A DNA stretch of 64,000 nucleotides from Azolla caroliniana (taxonomy: Eukaryota; Plantae; Polypodiophyta). The stretch is from NCBI GenBank assembly GCA_043228905.1, contig JBHGNT010000005.1:10912001-10976000 (forward strand). The letters run 5' to 3'. Below the pieces are notes generated by a model. That model was not told the origin of the DNA, searched no databases, and saw only the letters and a list, made by a program, of their open reading frames with translations. The number at the start of each line of letters is the position of its first letter. Within the stretch, counting starts at the first letter, position 1. The translations under genes were made by a program, and so were the position numbers. Of this stretch, positions 53,817-64,000 are shown piece by piece.

Positions 53817-54668
53817 GCGGTTTCCTCACTAGTAATGGCCTTAGTACACGACACAAAATGTGCCATCTTAGTATATAGATCAACAACAGTTAAGATAGCA
53901 TCGAAACCCTTCAAGACCGGCAGATCTATGATAAAATCAAGACAAATAGACTGCCACGGTTTACTTGGAATCAGTAAGGGTTCCAACAAGCCATAAGGAT
54001 GATGTAGTGGCATCATTGCTCGGCAGCAAGCATCACAAGTCCGAACATAGTCGTCAACAAAACGTCGCATATGGGGCCACTAAAAAGATTGTTGAACTAG
54101 GCGGTTTTGTCACTAGTGATGGCCTTAGTACACGGCACAAAATGTGCCATCTTAGTATATCGATCAACAATAGTTAAGATAGCATCGAAACCCTTCAAGA
54201 CCGACAGATCTATGATAAAATCAAGACAAATAGACTGCCACAGGTTACTTGGAATCGGTAAGGGTTCCAACAAGCCATATGGATGATGTCGTGGCGTCAT
54301 TTCTCGGCAGCAAGCATCACAAGTCCGAACGTAGTCGTCGACAAAACGTCGCATATGGGGCCACTAAAAAGATTGTTGAACTAGGCAGTTTCCTCACTAG
54401 TGATGGCCTTAGTACACGGCACAAAATGTGCCATCTTCGTATATTGATCAAAAACAGTTAAGATAGCATCGAAACCCTTCAAGACCAGCAGATCTGTAAT
54501 AAAATCAAGACAAATAGACTGCCACAGGTTACTTGGAATCGGTAAGGGTTCCAACAAGCCATATGAATGATGTCGTGGCATCATTGCTCGGTAGCAAGCA
54601 TCACAAGTCCAAATGTAGTCGTCGACAAAACGTTGCATATGGGGCCACCAAAAAGATTGTTGAACTAG
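53817..54668. repeat. 284-bp tandem triplication within G4 integrase
   Basis: Units 53817-54100, 54101-54384 and 54385-54668. ORF-track peptides repeat at 284-nt intervals. Confidence 0.95.
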
Positions 54669-56859
54669 ATCCAATGTCTTCGTACTACCGAAATGTCCCG
54701 CTATATGGGTGTCGTGACAATTTTGGACGATTTGAAGGCGACAGGAGCAATCGGGAACATAAAGGGGCTTTTTAAAGAACAATAAACCATCATGATATTC
54801 GAATTGTCGGTAGTCCATACCTAGTTGTTGAGACTGGGAACAGGATGCCTGAGAGGTATCAATGTGTGCTAGAATGGCTTGAGCAAAACTGTCCGTCTTC
54901 AAGTTAGCACGTATGGCATCGATAATCCGGGAATCTAGTGGAGTGTGAAAAATCCACGTTGTGTGCAAACGTGTTGGACCCAAGATTACTTGCTTTTGAT
55001 TATCAAACGTTGGATTACCAGGATGAGGTCCAAGATATGAACGTTGCGATAGTGTATCTGCTTTTCCTTGCTGCTTCCCCAGTCGATATGTGATTTTGAA
55101 GTCAAAATGCGTGAGGAATTGGGCCCACCGAGCTTGCCGTCGATTTTGTACACGAGCGTTCTGGAAATAAGCAAGATTTTTATGATCACTAAAGATGATG
55201 GCTTGATGTGGAGAGTCCTCTAAGAAGTTCCGCCATTGCACTAATGAATCCACGATGGCTAATAACTCCGTCTCATGTATCTCGTAGTTGATTTCCGCGG
55301 CATCAAATTTGCGCGAATGGAAAGCCACAAGATGTAACTCTTCTTTATCTCCTTGTTGAGAAATGATGCTACCAAGGGTGAAATCCGATGCGTCGGCCTC
55401 CATGATGAATGGTTTGTTTGTATCCACATGAGCTAGAATAGGAGTTGATGTAAAGGCTTTCTTAAGATGCCTAAAAGCCATGTCCGCTTCATTGGACCAA
55501 AGAAATGCCTGTCCCTTCTTCGTAAGTTGTGTGAGAGGTAAAATAATCTTCGAGTAATCTTGTATAAACTTGCGGTAGAAGTTAGCAAAACCTAGGAAAC
55601 ATTGTACATCTCGTAACGAACGTGGAGTTTGCCACTCTAGCACAATTTTGACTTTAGCCGGATCCATGGACATGTCCTTTGAGGAGATGACATAGCCTAG
55701 AAATTCCACTTGCTTGCAGTCAAATCTACATTTTTCTAGTTTGGCATAAAGACCATGCTCTTGGAGTTGTTTTAGTACTAATAGTACATGAGAATTATGC
55801 TCTTCCTGGGTCTTCGAATAAATCAATAGATCATCCAGATAGAGGATCAAACAGATATCCAAGAGGTCTCTGAATATATCATTTGCCATGTGCTGGAAGA
55901 CTGTGGGCGCATTGGTTGGACCGAACGACATAACGATATACTCGAAATGCCCATACCGCGTGCGAAAGGCAGTCTTCACGAGGTTATACGCTCCTCGTAG
56001 ATCGATTTTTGTAAAAATCTTGGCACCATTTACTCGCTCTAAAAGACTTGATATAAGAGGAAGTGCATACCTATTCCTGATGGTGACCTTATTCAAGTCA
56101 CGGTAATCAACGACGAGACGAAGTTATCCATCTTTCTTCTTGACAAAGAAGATGGGTGCACCGGCCAGAGATTTCGAATGACGAATAAACACGCTTGCCA
56201 AGTTCTCCTCTATGTAGGCTCGAAGGACTTCTAATTCGGTTGGTGACAAGTTGTAAATTGGTCCCCATGGTGGCTCTGTTCCTAGTTGTAAATCGATGGG
56301 AAAATCGTAGGGACGATGATGAGGAAGAGTACTGACTTTTACCTTGTCAAATATATCGGCATAAGGATGATATTTCACTGGATGTTCCACTAAGGATTCC
56401 TTAATATTGCTGGAAGGATGTACTGATATTGCAAATAGAAACATTGCCTCCTTGTGTCCTTCTTCGCGTAATTAATGGAGTGAAATGGTCGAAACTCGAT
56501 GAGTAGATTATTGGGGTTGTCGATACTAGACTTCTCTTGTTCTCCAATCTATGTCTGGACTATGTAATTCAAACCAAGGTAATGCCAGGACAATGGGATG
56601 CTCTAGACTACTAATTATATTAAATGATACCACACACACAAAACCACCTAGGACAACCTGAATGGGTTCTGACTCTTCTACAATATTCCTGGAAGCAATG
56701 GGACGACCATCAATGACTACTACAGATATGGGGCAAGGAAGTTCTCTTAAGGATATCTAAGAAGCTTGGGCAAAATTTCGATCCATGAAACAGGAATTGG
56801 CGCCGGAATCTAAAAGTGCTAGGACATGTACTAGAGGAGTACTTTTAGTACTAACTGTG

Positions 56860-57512
56860 AAAGTGTTTTCAGAATTCAAGGTATTGAAGTCTACAAGAAT
56901 ATAAGGTATGGTACGCTCACATCCGGAGGGCAAAATGACGAACAAAGGTCTCAAGGATAAGTCAAAACTAAAAGCAAGAAAGATGGAGAAAAGTAAAAGA
57001 AGAAAAAAGCGGGCCACCAAAACATAGTCTGAAACGAACGCTTATAACTCATTCGTTTGGAAGCCAAATATAATGTGCAAATATTTGTTAGAAAGCTCGT
57101 GAAGTCAGCTATCTATAAATTTTTAAATCACTAAATTTGGAGCTCGTATGAGGTAGATATGACGATTTGAAGAGTGTTGTGTCATAGCTAAGAATAGGAG
57201 ATGGAAAAGCTCTAAAAAAAGCGTGGAAAAGAAAGCAAGGGAAACTTATCTAGTAGAGGAGAACTTCATATAAAGCAAGAAGAGTAAGGTGGTAGGGGAG
57301 TCTCTTTCTTGTGGTGTTTTTCTTGCCTATTCATGTAGTGTGGTTGTGTTGTTATCCATATATCTTTGTAGACTTGGATTTATGTATCTTCTTTCGATCT
57401 TCCTTCAATCATGATTATTCATTATCAATAGATCTTTGTGGTTTTGGATCTATATATCTTCCTTCTCTCTTCTTTCTACCATCTCTCTATCACTAACCAT
57501 GACTTGGGCTAA
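56860..57512. mobile_element. Unrelated LTR-like fragment inserted in the G4 pol N-terminus; boundaries approximate
   Basis: Interrupts the colinearity with G2 between QVSNVF and the protease. Non-coding, with TATA-like and ATG...GGCTAA motifs reminiscent of Athila-type LTRs. Confidence 0.45.
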
Positions 57513-57575
57513 GAACACATTGCTAACTTGCTTGGAGGGAATGGAACCACTAATGGGTTGTACAGATCTAGGGTT

Positions 57576-57620
57576 GTCCAACCAAACGACTCCTATTTTG
57601 GTTGGACTCAGTCGTTTAAC
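57576..57620 (-). other. Candidate -1 ribosomal frameshift signal of G4 (GTTAAAC + 6-nt spacer + 11-bp hairpin)
   Basis: G TTA AAC lies in the gag frame. Stem GTCCAACCAAA/TTTGGTTGGAC with the gag TAG in the loop. The -1 frame is homologous to the G2 pol frame. Confidence 0.75.
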
Positions 57621-57685
57621 TCTTCTTCTAATTGACTAAGGATTTAAAATTTGTTTGAGATACTTGGGCTATTAGTACTATTAAT

Positions 57686-58370
57686 TGTTGGGAGATAGGT
57701 CCCTCCGGATGGGAAGGGAGAAGATCAGTGGGATGGGAAACCGTATGAGGAAGACCCCGGCTACGGAGAGCCGGATGGTGCAGGCCCGGTATGAACCGGA
57801 TGAGGAGTACCCGGCTACGGAGAGCCGGATGGTGCAAGCCCGGTATGAACCGGATGAGGAGTACCCGGCTACGGAGAGCCGGATGGTGCAGACCCGGTAT
57901 GAACCAGAGGAAGAGACATATTCGTAAATATGTTTCTGAGAGCCCATCGTGGCTACATTTGTAAATAGCCGAAAAGTCATATTTAGTATAAATATGACTT
58001 AGGGCAAACTAAGTATGGGTGTGGTTGTCATTTTTCTTGTTGGTGCAAGAAGAAGAGAGAGTGCGTAACTGTACAGAGTGAGAGAGAGAGAGACGAGGTC
58101 GTTGCCTCTGTTGTAACCGCCGCCTGTGGCGAAGATCGTGAGTCTGAGGTCGTTGCCTCCGTGTACTCACTATTTTGTACATTTATACATAGTGACAGTT
58201 TGCAGCCTGTGGGCTGCCGTGGTTTTTCCCCCTAGTTTGGGGTTTTCCACGTTAACCTCCTGTGTACCATTTCTCTTCTTTGTGTCGTGTTCTATTTCCC
58301 ATTTTCTGTGTATGAAAAGTAGCTCGGTTGTGGCCGAGCGTTGGACATAAGGAGCGTTGAGTTCCCGTCA
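57686..58370 (+). mobile_element. Solo LTR (same family as 38981-39776) in G4 gag
   Basis: TG...CA ends, TSD TTAAT, about three 54-bp units. Confidence 0.95.
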
Positions 58371-59488
58371 TTAATACTATCAGACACTCCTAAGGAAAGC
58401 ATTGATTTGGGTTTAGTACATGCTACGATTTGATTTACCTGTCTTCTTGGCCTATGGGGACAGTTGATTGCGATATGCCCTGGTCCACCGCAATAAAGAC
58501 ATAATCGATTTGCACATCGTCGTTGCTTTTCTTCTTCCAATAACGGGCCACGTCGACGCATGGTGTCAATCTCCATCGGTGTCGGAGTATTTGGTTGAGA
58601 TACGTCTCGTGCAAACGGTTTAGCCGCGATTGAGGCGTATGTGGGCTCTGGCTTAGGGCGTGGTATTTGTAATTGACGTTCAGAACGTCGTTCGAAAAGG
58701 AGGTTGTCGCATCGGACCGCTTGACTGATCGCCTCTGTAAGAGACTTTGGTTCTTCGGGGAAGGTTAAGAGTAAATCTTTGACATCGTTTCGTAGGCCGT
58801 AGCGAAACTACTCCATTAGTGCCTGATCATCCCAAGGGATATCTGAGGCGAGTAGACAGAAATCCGCCATGTAGGCAAAGGCTAGACAATCACCTTGACA
58901 CAATTGTCGGATTTTGTTGATCGCCATCCTGATGTTGTCGGTATCTCCAAAGCTGGCTTTAAACTCGCTAATAAAGTCTTCAAAGTTATTAAGCAAGGGC
59001 GATTGTTTTTCTAGAAGCGGAGCGAACCATGCCAAGGTTGAGCCGCTAAGCAACGTGCCTATTAGGCTGATTTGGGATGCATCAGTGGGTTATCAGGAAG
59101 GATGCATTTGAATGACTAAGCATACCTGATTTAGAAATCCCCTGAATTGCGATCTTGTTCCATCGAATTTCACAGGAAGTTCAATCTTGGGCTCTTTATG
59201 AAATCCTTGGGGACTTGATCCGTGTTGTTGCAACGCTATGATGGTTGCTACGAGTTGTTGTACAATTAATGCTAACTCCCCATGTTGTTGCTGCGTTTGC
59301 TGTTTTTCTAGAGCGATTTGTTGAAGATCCCCTTACAATCGTTGGTTTTCTTGTTCCAAGGCAACAAATTTTTCTTTTAGACCTTGTAGCTCGGAGAAAA
59401 CGGATTGATATTCTTGGGTGCTAACAATAGCCATAGTATTGGAAAAAAGGGGTAAGAGGATGAGGGAAACCGAAAAGAAGACTAGAGG

Positions 59489-59503
59489 AAAATTGGTTCA
59501 AAC
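59489..59503 (-). other. G4 non-tRNA primer-binding site GTTTGAACCAATTTT
   Basis: Immediately follows the LTR end TGACA, lacks TGG, and is complementary to the LTR sequence at 59855-59866. Confidence 0.8.
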
Positions 59504-59754
59504 TGTCAGGAATAGTACTAAAACAAAGAGAGAATTAGTACTGGAGAAGGGAAGTACTATTAGCACTAAGAGGACGGAACTATGTAAGACTCTCGAGAGA
59601 GGGGGAGAGAAGAGGAGAGAGAGAGAGAGAGATGATGATAACAAATGATATATTATATGAAGAGTAAACAAAGAGAGAATTAGTACTGGAGAAGGGAAGT
59701 ACAATTAGTACTAAGAGGACGGAACTATGTAAGACTCTCGAGAGAGGGAGAGAG

Positions 59755-59787
<33 letters not shown>

Positions 59788-59918
59788 TGTTGATAACAGA
59801 TGATATATTATATGAAGAGTAAGTACAAAATGGCTATGAGGCTTAAGATTGGCGTTGAACCAATTTGGTTCAACATAATGCCTTGTGCCTCCTTTTATAG
59901 TGTTCTCAGGAGGAGTCC

Positions 59919-59938
59919 TGAAGCTTCTAGAATGTTCT
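59919..59938. promoter_or_regulatory. Perfect 4-unit heat-shock element in the G4 LTR (also at ~47598-47617)
   Basis: tGAAg cTTCt aGAAt gTTCt, 20 nt upstream of TATAAAA (- strand). Confidence 0.75.
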
Positions 59939-60083
59939 AGAGAAATCTGGAATATACATTAATTTCCTATAATAAAACTTAAATGAAAATAATATCTTAC
60001 TTATTACAATAGCTGGTATAATGGTCAAGAGCTCGACCCATATAACATAAGGTGATGGTTTCGAGTATTGGCATATCATGACA

Positions 60084-61560
60084 TTATGCTTCCCAGTTAT
60101 ATGTCGAATCTCGGGGTTGAGCGACTTGATATAGGCAATCCATCGTAGCATAGCAATATCCGGTGTATAGCACAACCGGATATCATCCCGAGAATAGGTA
60201 GACAATCGGTTTTGATTATGACTTCCGTTCCGATAAGGTAGTCGCGATCGGTTTTAATTGCGGATACTATCCCCCATAGCTCTCTCTTTACTTGGGCGTA
60301 CTTTCTTGGTCTTTCAGTCAACACCATTGCACTGAATCGGATTGCATACCGATTTTTGTCTTTGTCTTCTTGGTTAATCACCCATCCAATTCTGGTTGGG
60401 CTCGTATCCACTGTCACATATATCGGGGTCCCTTCAATGTAGTCGGCTTTGTGCAATGCTGGAGCTTCCAATAATAGTTTCTTCAATTTTTGAACCACGT
60501 AGGTATGCTCATCTTCCCATTCAAACTTCTTCCTTTTCTTTAGTAGTCCATACAATGGTTCAACAACATGGGCATAGTGTGGAATCCATATGTGGTAGGA
60601 CGCACATGCTCCCAAGAATCTTCTCACCTCTGTTTGGGACTCACACTCCTCTTTCATCTCTTGGATAGCATTCACCTTGGATGGAGATGGCTTCCGGCCA
60701 TAAGATCCACACAAGTGTCCTACTACCAATATTTCTGGTTAACCGAATGCGGACTTCTCTCCCGAAAATGTGAGATTTGCATCCTCAAGCTTTTGCAACA
60801 CCTTCTCACTATCCTTTATATGATCGATGATGAATTTTCGGCAACGATCTTCATCTTTTTCTTCCACCAAGCATCCTTTGATCGGAATGTCCTCTAAGAA
60901 GGGCATTGTGATATCAGGAATACAATTCTTTAACACTTTGTTCATGGCATTCACCATGTGGGCTATGGAGTTTGTCGCACTTCGAGAAGTGTTTGGTCGG
61001 TTCTCGGGAGACGGTTGTACATTTGGTCAAATTCGGTGTACACTCCCGATGTGTTCATGTTCTTCCCCTTCTTCTTGATCCACTTCATCAATGTATGACG
61101 AGTCATCCTCGACGCATCTTCAAGCATATATTAAGCCAAAAGTGCCCTTTCAAATCCCACCCATGTTGTTTGGGCGGCTTGAATCTCCCTTATACGGCCT
61201 TGTAACCCAATAGCTATGACACACTTGAAGCTTGATATTTGCTTCTCTTCGATGACATGACATTGTTGCATCTCCGTCTTGAATGTAGCGAGAAAATACA
61301 TAATGTTGCTTCCACCAAATCGGCCTGCTATCTCAACAGTTCGGTCAATGGCCTTGTTTAAGCTTGCAACATTATCTCGAGCTCTTATCATATGCTCGAC
61401 AATAGCCACCAACTTTACCACTTCATCAGCTTGGGTATTTGACAAAGAAGCCATTTTCTAATCTTCTATTTCAAGCACATGATCCTTCCTACCGCCTCTT
61501 CACGTCGGGTTCACCACTTAGATATGTCGTGAAAATCTGTCACTATGTGCGGATCATGTG
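60084..61560 (-). mobile_element. G5: divergent gypsy remnant (gag N-terminus fused by deletion to RT-RH)
   Basis: Gag-like GRFGGSNIMYFL. RT ATNSIAHM...MPFLEDIPIKG, SGEKSAFG, EVRRFLG. RH VTVDTSP, YAQVKRELWGI. Confidence 0.85.
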
Positions 61561-61604
61561 GCGGAACCGCCGGGGTTATGGGCGGGAAGGAAATAGGGCT
61601 CACA

Positions 61605-62340
61605 CCCACAACACAAGGAAGGTTTACACAAACAAGGCATGAGTATTCGAACGTGTTTGTGAAAAGGAGAGGTGCATGGGCAAGGCCGAATTAACCCCTA
61701 GTCACAAGGCGAACGAATGCACGTGAGGAAGGCTTGCACATGGACACACAAGGAAAAGGCTTACCTACACAAACAAGGCATGAGTATTCGAACGTGTTTG
61801 TGAAAAGGAGAGGTGCATGGGCAAGCCCGGATGAACCCCTAGTCACAAGGCGAACGAATGCACGTGAGGAAGGCTTGCACATGGACACACAAGGAAAAGG
61901 CTTACTTACACACACGAGAGACAGAGTTTTGAATTCCTTTGTGAAAAGAGAGGTGCATGGGCAAGCCCGAACGCTCCCTTGTTACAAGACACACGAACAC
62001 ACAAGGAAAGGGCTTACTTACACACATGACAGACAAAATTTCAAATGCCTTTGTGAAAAGAGAGGTGCATGGGCAAAGCCCGAACGCTCCCTTGTTACAA
62101 GACACGCAAACACACAAACAAGGTTTACACACGAGAGACACAATTTTGAACGCCTTTGTGAAAGGAGAGGTGCATGGGCAAGCCCGAACGCTCCCTTGCC
62201 ACAAGTCGCACAAACACACAAGCAAGATTTACACTAACATGCAAGACACGATTTCAAATGCCTTTGTGAAAGGAGAGGTGCATGGGCAAGCCCGAAACGC
62301 TCCCTTGTCACAGGACAGACAAACAACTAAGCACAAATAA
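61605..62340. repeat. Tandem array of six 105-141 bp units with a conserved core
   Basis: Core TTTGTGAAA(A/G)GAGAGGTGCATGGGCAA at ~61669, 61810, 61950, 62062, 62167 and 62275. Confidence 0.92.
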
Positions 62341-62341
62341 C

Positions 62342-63453
62342 CAAGGGCAACCTTCCCAGTTCTCGGAGGAAGAAGTGCTGACCTTCAAGGACATGTCCGC
62401 TGAGTCCATGAGCTCAGCGTGGTCTTATAGCATGGCACAACGTACAAGCTAATCGACTTCCTCGCTCATCTTCAGGTGGCCGCAACAGCACGCATGGTCG
62501 AGGAACATGCAGATCAACAGATGGTCCAATGGGCGCTCACCAACGAGCTTGAATCGGATGAGGAGCCATAGCTGCAGAAAATTGGCCGAAACCAGGTAAC
62601 TAAAACCCCCCGTGCAAGAATTGAGCTATATGACCTCAATATGGCCTTGGTCGAAGTCTACTGAAAACTAGACAAGAGAACCCGCATAACTAAAGATATG
62701 GCAGTCAGTAGTAAACATGCGCACAAACAGGCGAAGACGGCCACGGAACTATGGCAAGCTTTGGAAAGCCAAAGAGACGAGCTTGAGCAACAGCTGAATG
62801 AAAACGGGCAAGAAAAATGCTCTAGCTCTTCTACCACTTGCTCCCAACCATGTGGATATGTTCACACAAATTGAAGACACAATCGAATCGGTGCCGACCA
62901 CTGAAACGGCCAAGGTATCTCTGCCCAACTACGAAAAGGACCTCGCGGCCAAATCGATGATTGCCGAGAAATCAAAAGAGCGCTATGAAGCGGCCAAAGG
63001 AGAAGCCGATCAAATACGGGAGTAGGCAGCAAAATGGGAAGCTGAACTCCAAGAACGGCTTGACGCACAGACAGCCAAGCTTCGAGAAAGTAAAGAAAAT
63101 GTCACGATGGCTATTCAGGCAGCAAATGAGGCTTTTGCGGCGAAAATACATGACATTGAGGAAGGTTACTGACAGGCCATGGCCATTACAAATGACCAAC
63201 TCCTCAGTCTCCAAAACGAGCACACGGAACTCCAAGAGAGTTTCAGCCGGCAACTTGAAATCTTGGAAGAAGCGGTGTGGGACAAATATACATAGTCGGA
63301 GTCCCTCCACTAGCTACAAATATATGCGGCACAAGACCAGGAACGCGAGAAAGAACGATATCTCCAAGAGTTAGTCGCAAATTCGGATCCGCTCCTCCGA
63401 CACATTAAACTAGGCATTGTAGTACAAAAGAAATTATTTTCATTCATTTTTTC
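62342..63453 (+). pseudogene. Second copy of the C-terminal half of the G3 extra ORF plus 3' UTR
   Basis: Colinear with 36373-37484, with scattered substitutions. Confidence 0.9.
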
Positions 63454-63521
63454 TGTAAAGAAATGAGGAGCAAGAGTGGTTGAGATGCAACAGAACGACT
63501 GTGTGTGTGTGTACATAAGGC

Positions 63522-63572
<51 letters not shown>

Positions 63573-64000
63573 AGACAGAGGTAAAAGATTGTATATTACA
63601 TTAACCAAAATACTTCCAACAATAATGAAGTTACAAGGAGTTGGTTCAAATACCAACTAAACTAGGGCAGGTGCCCTTTCTACTATTTACAAAACTAGCC
63701 TGGTATAACAATGAGCTAGTGTGAAACCTATTACTATTGGAAGTTGAGTTTGACTCTCAACACGCCCCTTTGAACACAATTTCCATCTGTCAAAAAATTG
63801 TTTTGGTTCGGTGTTAAATATCCGGCTTTCGGCGTTCGTAATCCTCGAACTAGATTGTTCGGCTTTTCGGCTTCGTGCTCGGTTCGATTCACTACATGTT
63901 GCGTACCCACGTATCGTTGCAGTACTCGATCAATTGCGTATAGATCGCAATACTCCCCCTCGAGCTCGGCAATGTGGATGTCGTGAGACCAAGGTCCGAT
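63454..64000 (-). mobile_element. C5: 3' end of a copia element (RNase H end, spacer, PPT, 3' LTR); continues beyond the window
   Basis: LTR ~63454-63762 (TGTTGAGAG...TTTACA). PPT-like aaaggggcg at 63763. DLGLTTSTLPSSRG resembles the copia pol terminus. Confidence 0.75.

Larger units (their letters stand above)
47352..60083 (-). mobile_element. G4: full-length Tcn1/Tf1-like chromovirus with nested insertions
   Basis: 5' LTR 59504-60083 and 3' LTR 47352-47762. TSD TTATG at 47347-47351 and 60084-60088. PPT GGGGGAGAG at 47763-47771. gag from 59434 (LPVKFDGTRSQFRGF, CLYCGGPGHIAINC), PR LLDSGAN, RT YLDD, RH, INT, chromodomain YYLVDWFGY...TWEP. Confidence 0.96.

Noticed and set aside
61605-62340. 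CRISPR-like repeat/spacer appearance
   Set aside because: The inter-core sequences are homologous to each other, no cas genes are present, and the context is a eukaryotic retroelement nest.

Overview
Eukaryotic land-plant nuclear DNA. The retroelement lineages suggest a non-seed plant such as a fern or lycophyte (inference). The first ~15.6 kb holds a ~542-bp tandem array and two intact convergent spliced genes: a 9-exon UDP-D-apiose/UDP-D-xylose synthase (AXS, + strand, 392 aa) and a 7-exon YebC/TACO1-family gene (- strand, ~340 aa). From 15.7 kb to the end is a nest of decayed LTR retrotransposons, most boundaries resolvable by TSD, PBS and PPT. It contains two non-chromovirus gypsy elements with extra 3' ORFs (G1, G3), two Tcn1/Tf1-like chromoviruses (G2, G4), a divergent gypsy remnant (G5), five copia elements (C1-C5), two solo LTRs and a hAT MITE. 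The most unusual signal is the chromovirus LTR architecture. It combines a tRNA-derived Pol III A-box/B-box cassette at the U3 end, a heat-shock-element cluster, a TATA box, and a 5' sequence complementary to the element's own PBS (Tf1-type self-priming). G4 also has a candidate GUUAAAC + hairpin -1 frameshift between gag and pol. All alignments and counts were done by eye.
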